Source: Alphaproteobacteria bacterium (GTDB lineage: Bacteria; Pseudomonadota; Alphaproteobacteria; UBA2966). From it: a DNA stretch of 64,000 nucleotides. Where the stretch lies: the NCBI GenBank assembly GCA_964291395.2, contig OZ219856.1:2464001-2528000 (forward strand). The letters run 5' to 3'. Numbering within the stretch: position 1 is the stretch's first letter; each line of letters begins with the position of its first letter. Under the pieces are notes generated by a model, which searched no databases, had not been told where the DNA came from, and saw only the letters and a program-made list of their open reading frames with translations. Both the position numbers and the translations under genes were made by a program. Below, in pieces: positions 29,858-39,572 of the stretch.

Positions 29858-31735
29858 TCACCCTTCCAGCAGTTCCCGTACGGCGTCCTTGATCTCGGTG
29901 ATCTTGAACGGCAAACCCGAGATGTTGTTGAGCCCGACGGCCGGCACCAGATACTCGCTCCGCAGCACCGTGCGGAGCTGCCCCGTATTCATCTCCGGCA
30001 CCAGGACGTGCTCATAGGATTGGAGCAGCCTGCCGAGATTGCGCGGCAGCGGCCAGAGGTGGCGAATGTGGATGTGCGACACATCCATACCTTCCACCTG
30101 CAGGTCGTCGACGGCTCGGTTGATCGGCCCGTAGGTCGACCCCCATCCGACAACGGCGACGGCGTCGTCAGGGGAACCCAGGGTGATGGTCTGCGGCGGG
30201 ATATCGTCGGCGATGCCATCGATCTTCGCCTTCCGCACCATGGTCATGCGGTGATGGTTTTCCGGGTCGTAGGAAATATTGCCGGTGTCGTAGTCCTTCT
30301 CCAGACCTCCGATCCGGTGCTCCAACCCCGGCGTTCCCGGCAAGGCCCAGGCCCGCGCCAGCGTGTCCTCATCACGGAGGAATGGGTGGAATCTCTCGGG
30401 ATCGGTCCGGAACTCCACCTTGTGCCGGGGAAGCTCGTCGACATCGGGGATCAGCCAGGGCTCGGCCGCATTCACGATATAGGAATCGGTGAGCAGGAAC
30501 ACCGGCGTCATGTATTTCGTCGCGATGCGTACGGCCTCAATCGCCGCGTCGAAGGCGTCGGCCGGCGATGAAGCGGCAATCACCGGGACGGGCGTGTCCG
30601 CATTGCGGCCGTAAACGGCTTGATAGAGGTCCGACTGCTCGGTCTTGGTCGGCATGCCGGTCGACGGGCCCGACCGCTGTGAATTGACGATCACCAGGGG
30701 CAACTCGGTGCTGACGGCAAGCCCGATCGCTTCGGTCTTCAGAGCGATCCCGGGACCCGAGCTCGACGTCACGCCGAGGGACCCAGCATAGGATGCGCCG
30801 ATCGCCGAGCACACGGCGGAAATCTCGTCCTCCGCCTGGAAGGTAATGACGTCGAATTCCTTCATGCCCGCCAACGCGTGCAGGAGAGCGGACGCCGGCG
30901 TAATCGGGTAGGAACCGAACATGAGCCTGAGCCCCGCCAACCGAGTGCCGACGACCAGCCCGTAGGCGGTCGCGTCCGCGCCGGTCACGGTACGGTACAG
31001 ACCACGCGGCATCTCGGCCGGCGGAATGACGTAGCCCTTGACCTCGAGACCGAGTTCCGCCGTCTCTCCATAGGCATGGCCGGCGTTCACAGCAGCGACA
31101 TTGGCGTCCGCCACCGTCGGAATCTTGCCGAATTTGACGTTCAGCCAGTCGATCGTGGGCTGACGGTCTCGGCCGTAGAGCCAATAGATCAGCCCGAGCG
31201 TCCAGAAATTCTTGCAGCGCAATGCCTGCTTTTGCGTCAGGCCAAACGACCCGACCGACTCCAGCGTGCGCTTCGAGATGTCGATTTCGACCACCCGGTA
31301 ATTGTCGAGGGAACGATCTTCCAGCGGGTTGGTATCGTATCCCGCCTTTTTCATGTTGCGTTCGGAGAACGTTCCGGTATCGACGATGACCAGGCTGCCC
31401 CCCGCCATGTCTTCGATGTTGACCTTGAGTGCCGCGGGATTGAACGCGACGAGGACATCGGGCCGGTCCCCGGCGGTGCGAATACGCCGCGCTCCGAAGT
31501 TGATCTGGAAGGCCGATACGCCGTACGTCGTCCCGGCAGGCGCACGAATCTCCGCAGGAAAATCAGGAAACGTCGCCAAGTCGTTTCCCGCGAGCGCCGT
31601 GACCTGCGTGAGCTGGCCGCCGGTGACTTGAACGCCGTCACCCGAGTCGCCGGCGAACCGGATCACGACGGATTCGAGCTCTTCGCGGTCTTCGAGCGGG
31701 TCTATCGTTTCAGCGGTACTCGCTGCCGTTGACAT
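29858..31735 (-). CDS. korA: 2-oxoacid (2-oxoglutarate):ferredoxin oxidoreductase alpha subunit
   Basis: AGDSGDG, YPITPAS, QAEDEI, GPSTGMPTKTEQSD. Confidence 0.9.
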   Translation of the reverse strand: MSTAASTAETIDPLEDREELESVVIRFAGDSGDGVQVTGGQLTQVTALAGNDLATFPDFPAEIRAPAGTTYGVSAFQINFGARRIRTAGDRPDVLVAFNPAALKVNIEDMAGGSLVIVDTGTFSERNMKKAGYDTNPLEDRSLDNYRVVEIDISKRTLESVGSFGLTQKQALRCKNFWTLGLIYWLYGRDRQPTIDWLNVKFGKIPTVADANVAAVNAGHAYGETAELGLEVKGYVIPPAEMPRGLYRTVTGADATAYGLVVGTRLAGLRLMFGSYPITPASALLHALAGMKEFDVITFQAEDEISAVCSAIGASYAGSLGVTSSSGPGIALKTEAIGLAVSTELPLVIVNSQRSGPSTGMPTKTEQSDLYQAVYGRNADTPVPVIAASSPADAFDAAIEAVRIATKYMTPVFLLTDSYIVNAAEPWLIPDVDELPRHKVEFRTDPERFHPFLRDEDTLARAWALPGTPGLEHRIGGLEKDYDTGNISYDPENHHRMTMVRKAKIDGIADDIPPQTITLGSPDDAVAVVGWGSTYGPINRAVDDLQVEGMDVSHIHIRHLWPLPRNLGRLLQSYEHVLVPEMNTGQLRTVLRSEYLVPAVGLNNISGLPFKITEIKDAVRELLEG

Positions 31736-32141
31736 GCGTCCTTGACTCCTTTGCCGTCACGGCCCTCTGGCGTCTTCGACATCCCGACCCTCAAGGGACC
31801 GTGTCCAATCGACGTCAGCAGGAAGTCGGCCGGATTATGACGGTGATACGGTTGATCAACCAAGTTGAAACCGCTGGCCTCGCGATCGCGTGAAAGTTTG
31901 GCGAACACCCGTGTCCGGTTGCCGCAGGCAATTCGAACGGCGCGATTATACAGTCGCCGCCAAGCAGTGTGAATGTTCGGGAAATCGGCGGGCTGACGCC
32001 CCGTACTCAAAAGCCCCGGGCTTAGCCAGTGTCCGGGCGGACCTCGCCGGTTTCTGCTTAGCCACCCATTCCCCGCCATCACCCGTCGTCTCCAGAATCC
32101 TGAGCAGCACCGGCGAATGCCGAGAGATCGAGACCGCGGCC

Positions 32142-33098
32142 TCAGACGGCGGATGCCGGCGTTCGAACGCCATCCGACGTGAACCGGACCACGTCCCGCT
32201 GAGCTCCGAGATAACCCTTGGAAACGTGCACGAGGTGGGGCGCAAGCAATTCGTGCAGCCGGGGCAAGGCGTGGAACGGTACCGACGAGATCGCGTGGTG
32301 CTCGACGTGGAACGCCATGTTCCAGTTGAGCCATCGCAGCGGCGTGTTGGTCAGCATGGTCCGCGTGTTCCGCAGCATGTTCGGGTCCAATTCACACCCG
32401 GTGTGCTCCGCGATGCGGATCATGCGCTGGAACGGTTCTCCGAGGACCGCCGGAAGGAACCAGTAGATCGCCGCGGCCCAGGTCTGGAAATAGAGGCTGA
32501 CCGCGGCGACCAGTAAATAGACGCCGAGATAGATCCGCGCATCGCGCTGCAATTCCGGAATGCGATCGGCGGGGATATAGGTCTTCTCGCGTTCGCTGAT
32601 CTTCCCCAAGGGGTGATAGACGAGCCGCCAGAGCTTGATCTGCAGGGACGGAATGCCGCTCGCATAGTAGATGTAGCCCCAAAACGTCTCCGCCATGGGG
32701 ATGCGCTGAGGGTCCTTCTCCAAGTCCTGGGTATGAGCGTGATGCGCCATGTGTTCGATTCGGAACAACGTCTTCATGTAAAAGATGGCGACCCCCGACA
32801 CCCAGAAGATGCTCTCGTTCAGCCACCTGCTCTTGAACGCGCTGTAATGCGCGGTCTCGTGGAAAGGGCCAAAAAGGGCCGCGATGACGTAGCCGTGGGC
32901 GAGCATCGCGGGGATCACCCACCAGGTGCCGAGCGACAGGTGGAGCAGGTAACCCGTACCCCCCATCACGCCCAGGTGGTAGGCCAGAAACGCGATTCCC
33001 GGCCCGTCGCGCAACGCGTTCAGTTCGCTACGGGTTCGGCGCGGAACGATTTGATTGATCTGGGCCGCCGACAACGCGGATCCTCCGATTCGCCGCAT
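32142..33098 (-). CDS. Membrane fatty-acid-desaturase family di-iron enzyme (MocD-like)
   Basis: Three His boxes HETAH, HMAHH, HVEHH plus AEH; start uncertain. Confidence 0.8.
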   Translation of the reverse strand: MRRIGGSALSAAQINQIVPRRTRSELNALRDGPGIAFLAYHLGVMGGTGYLLHLSLGTWWVIPAMLAHGYVIAALFGPFHETAHYSAFKSRWLNESIFWVSGVAIFYMKTLFRIEHMAHHAHTQDLEKDPQRIPMAETFWGYIYYASGIPSLQIKLWRLVYHPLGKISEREKTYIPADRIPELQRDARIYLGVYLLVAAVSLYFQTWAAAIYWFLPAVLGEPFQRMIRIAEHTGCELDPNMLRNTRTMLTNTPLRWLNWNMAFHVEHHAISSVPFHALPRLHELLAPHLVHVSKGYLGAQRDVVRFTSDGVRTPASAV

Positions 33099-33159
33099 GC
33101 ACGCCGTCTCGATACGTATTCTAGCACGGATACCCGCGACCGGCGCGCTTCTCCGGCGA

Positions 33160-33855
33160 TTATCCTCCGGGAACGACGGGCGCTCCGGTGAACTCCGCGT
33201 GTCCCCACCACAATGCCGCGTACAGCACGAGGCCCAGTGCGATCCGCCACCAGCCCAGCTCGGCCCATTCAAGCGTGTTCCGCCCCTGAAGGACGGCCGC
33301 GAACGGGACGACCGACGTCACCCGGGCCAGCCTCTGCCAAGCCTCGGGTCTGCGCGAGCGGAGCTTCGCATCGATACTGATCGGACCGACGATGCCGAGC
33401 ACCAGAAATCCCCCGAAAAAGATCACCGATGCGACCTCCCCGTTCGCGGCGACATGGCCGGCGGCCCACAGAATCACGCCCATGAGGAACGGGTGACGGG
33501 TGATGCGCGTGACCCCCTTGGCCGGCTCCTCTCGCTCCAGCACGCCCTCCTGTCCGGCACTCGTGGGGTTCGCGCTCGTAACCCCGAGAACGACAAGGAT
33601 TGCCGAAAACGGCATGAGAACGACGGGAATCCACACCAGCTCGGGCACGACCCAAAGAGGCTCGTAGGGCGCGGCCTCGAAGGCGAGAATCATCCATGCC
33701 AGACCGCCGATCGAGAGCAGCGCAAACACCGCCCGGAAGACCGTCTCTCCGATTACGCGGACAAGCATGCCGCGGAGCGGCGAGCCGGAAATCCCGGGGT
33801 GGATTCCCACGAAAAAGAGGGTCGCGATTGCCAGCCACGTGAGGTTACCGGTCAT
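33160..33855 (-). CDS. NnrU family membrane protein
   Basis: ITRHPFLMGVILWAAGHVAANG, TSVVPF. Confidence 0.85.
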   Translation of the reverse strand: MTGNLTWLAIATLFFVGIHPGISGSPLRGMLVRVIGETVFRAVFALLSIGGLAWMILAFEAAPYEPLWVVPELVWIPVVLMPFSAILVVLGVTSANPTSAGQEGVLEREEPAKGVTRITRHPFLMGVILWAAGHVAANGEVASVIFFGGFLVLGIVGPISIDAKLRSRRPEAWQRLARVTSVVPFAAVLQGRNTLEWAELGWWRIALGLVLYAALWWGHAEFTGAPVVPGG

Positions 33856-33997
33856 GGCAGAGTGTCCCATAAGGCGAATTGACCGGCAACCGGAATGGTC
33901 TCGGCCCGGGGGACTCGAAAAGGCCGCCGGTCGGACATGATCGGCGGCGTTCGCGACGGCAAGGACAAGGAAAAGGCTTGTGCCCTCGATGGCGGGA

Positions 33998-34309
33998 TCA
34001 CCGCCGAAGAATTTCGATGACTGCCGAGCCGGAACCGGGCACCGCACGGCGCCGTCCGCCTGATGGGCTCCAGCGGCAATCACCGGATACGGCCTCCCGT
34101 CCCTTGTCCGTCAGCCTGCAAACCAGCCAGTCGGGTTTCATCGGATTCCGGAACCAAGGTTCGGCAAATCCGGCCGCGACGCAGGCCCGAACGGTTCGCG
34201 GATCGATGGCCTGCCCGTGTTCATCGAAAAGCGGCAGCTTTCCCCCTGGTTGGTCGATGCCTCGGCGCAGATACCGCCGCTGAGCCGAAGTCATCTTCAT
34301 CGAGGCCAC
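33998..34309 (-). CDS. Conserved small hypothetical protein
   Basis: QPGGKLPLFD...EPWFRNPMKPDWLVCRLT motif recalled from Rhodospirillales hypothetical proteins. Confidence 0.6.
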   Translation of the reverse strand: MASMKMTSAQRRYLRRGIDQPGGKLPLFDEHGQAIDPRTVRACVAAGFAEPWFRNPMKPDWLVCRLTDKGREAVSGDCRWSPSGGRRRAVPGSGSAVIEILRR

Positions 34310-34514
34310 GTGAGCACGAGCGGGGCGGTCAGGACGTCCCGGCTCGCCGGGGCGCCGTCGCCTCGCGCGGTCGATCGACCGGTATCTTCGGAATCGCGCG
34401 TGTCAACGGATCAGCCTCCTCCATGCACTTCTTGAACTCTTCCCTGGCCCCTGGCGACCGCGCCGGCCCAATATAGGCGGCGGCCCGAACCAGTCAAACC
34501 GTCCCGAAGGAAGG

Positions 34515-35330
34515 CTACGCGCGGCACCCGTCGAGGTCCGCAGAACAGTCCGCGATGAAGCCGGCCATCTCCGCAAGAACCGCCTCCGCCCGGTCCCGGT
34601 GCGGGGAGTGACCGCATGCATCCAGCAGACGCATTTGAACGAGGCCCGGCACGCCCTCTTTGATTGCCGCGACCTGATCGAGCGTGCCGTATTCGTCGTC
34701 GACGCCTTGCAGGACCTGGACGGGCACGTCTATGGCCCCGAGCAGGTTCACGATGTTCCACTCGCGAAATCGCGGATCGAGCCAAACCCGGTTCCATCCC
34801 CAGAACGCCCCGTCTACGTTGGTCCCGTGGTGCCGCAGAAGCCTCTGCCGCAAGACGCCGGATCGGTAACTCTCGCCGATCTCGGCGATGCTCCTGATCG
34901 TGATGTCTTCGACGAAAACATGAGGCGCCTCAAGACACAGGCCGAGCAGGCCCTCACGGGCCGTCACGGCCGTCGCCGCGAAGATCAGGGCGATCGACGC
35001 ACCGTCCGAGTGGCCGACGAGGAAAAACCGGCTGATCCCGGCGGCACGTAGCACTTCGGGGAGAACGGTGCGTGCCTCGTGTTCCATGAAATCGGGCGGG
35101 CGGGGAAGCTCGACAGGATCCGAGCGCCCATATCCCAGCCGGCTGTAGACGAAGGCCCGGAAGCCGGTTTCCTCTGCCAGCCGGTTCGGAAATTCCCGCC
35201 ACGTCGAAACGCAACCGAGGCCCTCGTGAAGAAATACCAGGGTTGGCGCGGTTCCCGGATCCGGTCCGCTCCACGCATATTCAAGCCTGGCGCCGGCTGC
35301 CTCGATGTATCCGTGTCGTACTTCGGTCAT
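34515..35330 (-). CDS. Alpha/beta hydrolase
   Basis: HEGLG, GHSDGAS nucleophile elbow, GHSPH; this type is often found beside box genes. Confidence 0.88.
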   Translation of the reverse strand: MTEVRHGYIEAAGARLEYAWSGPDPGTAPTLVFLHEGLGCVSTWREFPNRLAEETGFRAFVYSRLGYGRSDPVELPRPPDFMEHEARTVLPEVLRAAGISRFFLVGHSDGASIALIFAATAVTAREGLLGLCLEAPHVFVEDITIRSIAEIGESYRSGVLRQRLLRHHGTNVDGAFWGWNRVWLDPRFREWNIVNLLGAIDVPVQVLQGVDDEYGTLDQVAAIKEGVPGLVQMRLLDACGHSPHRDRAEAVLAEMAGFIADCSADLDGCRA

Positions 35331-35443
35331 GTGGCGTCGCTGATGGTTTTCCCAAACAAGGGGCACACACCCGCACTCGCTTCGGCCCAGCCCGGCCGTG
35401 GGGGCGGAAGAGTGGCAGCCCGCATTTTCCTGGAGCGGGATCT

Positions 35444-37039
35444 CTACTCCCGCAACTTGAAACGCTGAATCTTTCCCGTCGCCGTCTTGGGCAGATCGTC
35501 CACGAAGTCTATCCAGCGGGGATACTTGAACGGCGCCAGCCGATCCTTGACGAAACCTTTCAACTCCTCCGCGACGGCGTCGCCGGGCTCAACCTCGTCC
35601 TTGAGGATGATGAACGCCTTGGGTTTGACGAGTCCGCCGTCGTCCTTGTGCCCCACCACGGCGGTCTCCAATACCTTCTCATGGGCCAACAGGGCAGACT
35701 CGACCTCGAACGGGGAAACCCATTGACCGCTGACCTTCAGCATGTCGTCGGATCGACCACAGTAGACGTAATGGCCGTCCCCGCGACGTATGTATTTGTC
35801 GCCCGTGCGTGTCCAAGGCCCCTGAAACGTGTCAAGGCTGCGCTGCCGTTTGTTGAAGTAGTGGCTGGCGCTCGACGGCCCGCGCACGAGAAGCTCCCCG
35901 ATCTCGCCGTCGGTCGCCGCGTTCCCGCCTTCGTCGACGATCTTGAGTTCGTAACCGGGAACCGCCTTGCCGGACGTGCCGTAACAAATGTCGTCCGGCG
36001 CATTGGACAGGAAGATATGCAGCATCTCCGTGGATCCCAAGCCATCGAGGATATCCACGCCAAAGCGATCCACCCAACGTTTCGCGATGTCCTCGGGAAG
36101 CGCCTCTCCCGCCGACACGCAGATTCGCAAGGCGTCGGAACTCCGGTCGCGATCGTTGCCGGGGTCGGCGAGGATAGCGCCGAAGAGCGTGGGAACCCCG
36201 TAGAAGATGGTCACGTCATGGTCCCGCAACTGCCGGAGAACCGCGCCGGGGGTTGGGCGCCCCGCCATCAGCACGGCCGTCGCCCCGACGTGGAACGGGA
36301 AGGTCATGGCATTGCCGAGACCGTAGGCGAAGAACAGCTTCGCCGCGGAAAACACGATGTCGTCCCCGGTGATCCCGAGCACCTGCCGGCCGTAGAGTTC
36401 CGCCGTGTTGACCATGTCGCCCTGCAGGTGCACCGCGCCCTTCGGCGTGCCCGTGGAACCCGACGAATAGAGCCAGAAGGCCGTATCGTCGCTCGTCGTA
36501 GGTGCCGGCTCCAGGGTATCCGCCGCGGCGTCCAACAGAGTGTCGAGCCGTTCAAACCCGGCATCTTCACCGCTCTCGCAACGCCCGGCCACGATGACGG
36601 TCTTGAGAAACGGCATGGAGTCCAGAATGGGCCTGAACTTGTCGAGCAGAGCATCGCTCACGACCAGGGCGACGGCACGACTGTCCCGAAGCATGTAATC
36701 GTAATCCGCCGTCGTCAGCAGCGTGTTGAGGGCCACCGGCACCACGCCCGCCTTGATCGACCCGAAGAAAACGGACGGAAAATCGACGGTGTCCAGCATG
36801 CACATGGCGACGCGCTGTTCCATCTGGACACCCAGTCCCAGGATCGCGTTGCCCGTCTTGTTCACCCGGCGTGCAACATCGCCATAGGTGTGGCGGCCGC
36901 TTTCGTCGATGACCGCGACCTTGCCGCCGCGGCCCTCGTCGAGATTCCGATCTATGAAATCGATGGCGGCGTTGTAATCGCGCGGCACCACGACAGCCGG
37001 CGGCGACACGGACCGGTCGATGACAGTGTATGCACCCAT
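35444..37039 (-). CDS. Benzoate-CoA ligase family protein
   Basis: YSSGSTGTPKG, SAAKLFFAYGLGN, GSTEMLHIFLSN, LPKTATGKIQRF. Confidence 0.92.
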   Translation of the reverse strand: MGAYTVIDRSVSPPAVVVPRDYNAAIDFIDRNLDEGRGGKVAVIDESGRHTYGDVARRVNKTGNAILGLGVQMEQRVAMCMLDTVDFPSVFFGSIKAGVVPVALNTLLTTADYDYMLRDSRAVALVVSDALLDKFRPILDSMPFLKTVIVAGRCESGEDAGFERLDTLLDAAADTLEPAPTTSDDTAFWLYSSGSTGTPKGAVHLQGDMVNTAELYGRQVLGITGDDIVFSAAKLFFAYGLGNAMTFPFHVGATAVLMAGRPTPGAVLRQLRDHDVTIFYGVPTLFGAILADPGNDRDRSSDALRICVSAGEALPEDIAKRWVDRFGVDILDGLGSTEMLHIFLSNAPDDICYGTSGKAVPGYELKIVDEGGNAATDGEIGELLVRGPSSASHYFNKRQRSLDTFQGPWTRTGDKYIRRGDGHYVYCGRSDDMLKVSGQWVSPFEVESALLAHEKVLETAVVGHKDDGGLVKPKAFIILKDEVEPGDAVAEELKGFVKDRLAPFKYPRWIDFVDDLPKTATGKIQRFKLRE

Positions 37040-37214
37040 CGCTATGCAGCCTCCCGCCCGTCGACGTCCCCGCCTGCCCCTTCACTGCGACAAAAGTGTA
37101 GTCCAACCGCCGGACCCTGCCAAAGACATGCGGTCCGACGGACACGTCGTTCGCAAGGGATATGACCACGGCGGCCGGATCGTGATTCGCGTGGTGCCGC
37201 CCGACAATCAAGCG

Positions 37215-37924
37215 ATGAAGAAGAGGCACCGAAACGTCGTGGGTGTGTCCGCAGTGTTCAGTCTGCTGGCCCTGACGCCGATGGCCACGGCGAGCACGGC
37301 GACCACAGCCCGCGCGGAAAGCATCGTCTCCCATGGCGTGGAATTCAGCGACGAGCTGGGAGGTCTCCGCCTGGTGTCGGTGGCGGGTTCGGGAGCCCGC
37401 GACGACCCCTTCATCGTGGTGGAGGAGTACACCGGCCCGAGCAGCGCGGTCCTGGTCACCCGTGGCCTCGACAGGTTGTTCGGTTCGGCCTCCGGAATCA
37501 TGCGCCCGTAGGACTCGTCATGCGCAAAATCGTGAAGAACGGCACGCGCGAACGCTGGCGGGAATTCGACCTGGAACTTCGCGAGCACTTCAACAACCCG
37601 AGCGACTACTTTGATGGCCTATCCTTCGATCAGATGAAAACCATTGAACACCCCGTCGCCTCGGACCTGTTCGCTCACGTACGTCCCGTCATGGAGCCAT
37701 TCGACTACCTGCGGTTCAGCGACGGCATCGTCGAGCCCGGCGAGACGGTGTCCTTCGAGATCGTCATCACCGATGCCACGCCCCGACCCACGATTTTCCT
37801 TGTTCAGAGGGCCCCGACCCGTATATCGGAGGTTCTTCCCAATCATCCGCGGGTCCATCAGGTGGAAGAGACACCCGGAGCGCAGGGGACCAAAGTCGTC
37901 CTCAAGTCGGAGTTGCGGCGATGA
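37215..37924 (+). pseudogene. Frameshifted secreted hypothetical protein directly upstream of boxC
   Basis: Signal-peptide ORF stops at TAG 37509-37511; the other frame reads VGLV-MRKIVKNG... through to 37924, so the two parts look like one protein. Confidence 0.55.
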
Positions 37925-39570
37925 TCGACTTCAGGACCCGACCGTCCGAATACAGGCACTGGCGCCTCGACATCGACGGCGCGGTGGCGAGCCTGTACCT
38001 GGACGTCGAGGAAAACGGCGGGCTCGCGCCCGGTTACGAACTCAAACTGAATTCCTACGATCTCGGAGTCGACATCGAACTCTGCGACGCGGTGCAGCGC
38101 CTGCGCTTCGAACATCCCGAGGTCAACACGGTACTGCTCCGTTCGGCCCGCGACCGCGTGTTCTCGGCCGGCGCCAACATTCGCATGCTGGCCCAGGCCT
38201 CCCATACGGAGAAGGTCAATTTCTGCAAATTCACCAATGAGACGCGACTCTCCATCGAGGACGCGACGGAACGGTCCGGCCAGACCTACATCGCGGTGGT
38301 CGAAGGCAGTTGCGCCGGTGGCGGGTACGAACTGGCCCTGGCGGCCGACCGAATCGTCCTGGTCGATGACGGCAGTACGTCGGTGTCGCTGCCTGAATTG
38401 CCCCTGCTTGCCGTTCTGCCGGGGACCGGGGGACTCACGCGGCTCGTGGATAAACGCCGGGTCCGGCGCGACCGGGCCGACGTGTTCTGTACCCTCGAAG
38501 AAGGGATCCGGGGCGCCCGGGCCGCCGAATGGGGACTGGTCGACGAGGTGGTTCCCGCATCGCGGCTTGAAGAGCGACTCGGGGAGATCGCGGAGGACGC
38601 GGCCACGCGACTCCTGCGCGGACGGGAAGGCGAAGGCGTGACGCTCACCCCCCTGGAACGGGACGTGACGGCCGATGGACTCGAATACGGCACCCTCTCC
38701 GTCCGCATCGACCGGGCCACCGGCGTTGCCGAACTGACCGTTCGCGGGCCGGGTCCGAACCTGCCCGAGGGCGTCCAGGCCATCCGTGACCAGGGCGCCG
38801 GCTTTTGGCCGCTCGCGCTGGCACGCGATATCGACGATGCCGTGCTGCATCTCCGTTTCAACGAGCCGGAAGTCGGAACCTGGACGTTTCGGGCGGATGG
38901 AGATCCCGGCCGCGTGTCGGCGATGGACGCCGTCCTCGCGGAAAATGCCGATGACTGGTTCGTGAGAGAGACGATCGAGTTCCTGAAACGGGTATTCAAG
39001 CGCCTGGACCTGTCGGCCCGTTCCCTGATCGCTCTCATAGAGCCGGGAAGCTGCTTCGCCGGAACGCTGTTCGAACTCTGCCTTGCCGCGGACCGCAGCT
39101 ACATGCTGGACGGCACGTTCGAGGGCGACAACCGCCCGCCGGCCGTGGTGGAACTGACCAGGATGAACTTCGGTCCCTACGTCATGGGCAACGGCTGTTC
39201 CCGCCTCGGCTGCAGGTTCCCGGACATGCCCGAACGGCTGCGGGAGCTGGAGGATGCCATCGGCACGAAACTCGATGCCGCTGCCGCCACGGAGCTGGGT
39301 CTCGTGACCTTCATCCCCGATGACATCGATTGGGAGGACGAAATCCGGATCGCGATCGAGGAGCGGACGAGCTTTTCCGCGGATGCTCTGACGGCCATGG
39401 AAGCGAACCTTCGCTTCGCCGGCCCCGAGACGCTGGAGACCAAGATATTCGCGCGCCTGTCCGCCTGGCAGAACTGGGTGTTCCAGCGCCCCAACGCCAC
39501 TGGCGAGGAAGGCGCACTCAAACGATACGGAAGCGGGCAGCGGCCCAATTTCGACAGGACGCGGGTGTGA
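37921..39570 (+). CDS. boxC: 2,3-epoxybenzoyl-CoA dihydrolase
   Basis: LKLNSYDLGVDIEL, KVNFCKFTNETR, RLSAWQNWVFQRPNA. Confidence 0.96.
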   Translation: MIDFRTRPSEYRHWRLDIDGAVASLYLDVEENGGLAPGYELKLNSYDLGVDIELCDAVQRLRFEHPEVNTVLLRSARDRVFSAGANIRMLAQASHTEKVNFCKFTNETRLSIEDATERSGQTYIAVVEGSCAGGGYELALAADRIVLVDDGSTSVSLPELPLLAVLPGTGGLTRLVDKRRVRRDRADVFCTLEEGIRGARAAEWGLVDEVVPASRLEERLGEIAEDAATRLLRGREGEGVTLTPLERDVTADGLEYGTLSVRIDRATGVAELTVRGPGPNLPEGVQAIRDQGAGFWPLALARDIDDAVLHLRFNEPEVGTWTFRADGDPGRVSAMDAVLAENADDWFVRETIEFLKRVFKRLDLSARSLIALIEPGSCFAGTLFELCLAADRSYMLDGTFEGDNRPPAVVELTRMNFGPYVMGNGCSRLGCRFPDMPERLRELEDAIGTKLDAAAATELGLVTFIPDDIDWEDEIRIAIEERTSFSADALTAMEANLRFAGPETLETKIFARLSAWQNWVFQRPNATGEEGALKRYGSGQRPNFDRTRV

Positions 39571-39572
39571 AC

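Noticed and set aside
31850-31870. FNR box upstream of korA
   Set aside because: TTGATCAACCAAG does not fit TTGAT-N4-ATCAA
37509-37511. Pyrrolysine or stop-codon readthrough at TAG
   Set aside because: The downstream half is in a different frame, so this is a frameshift rather than readthrough
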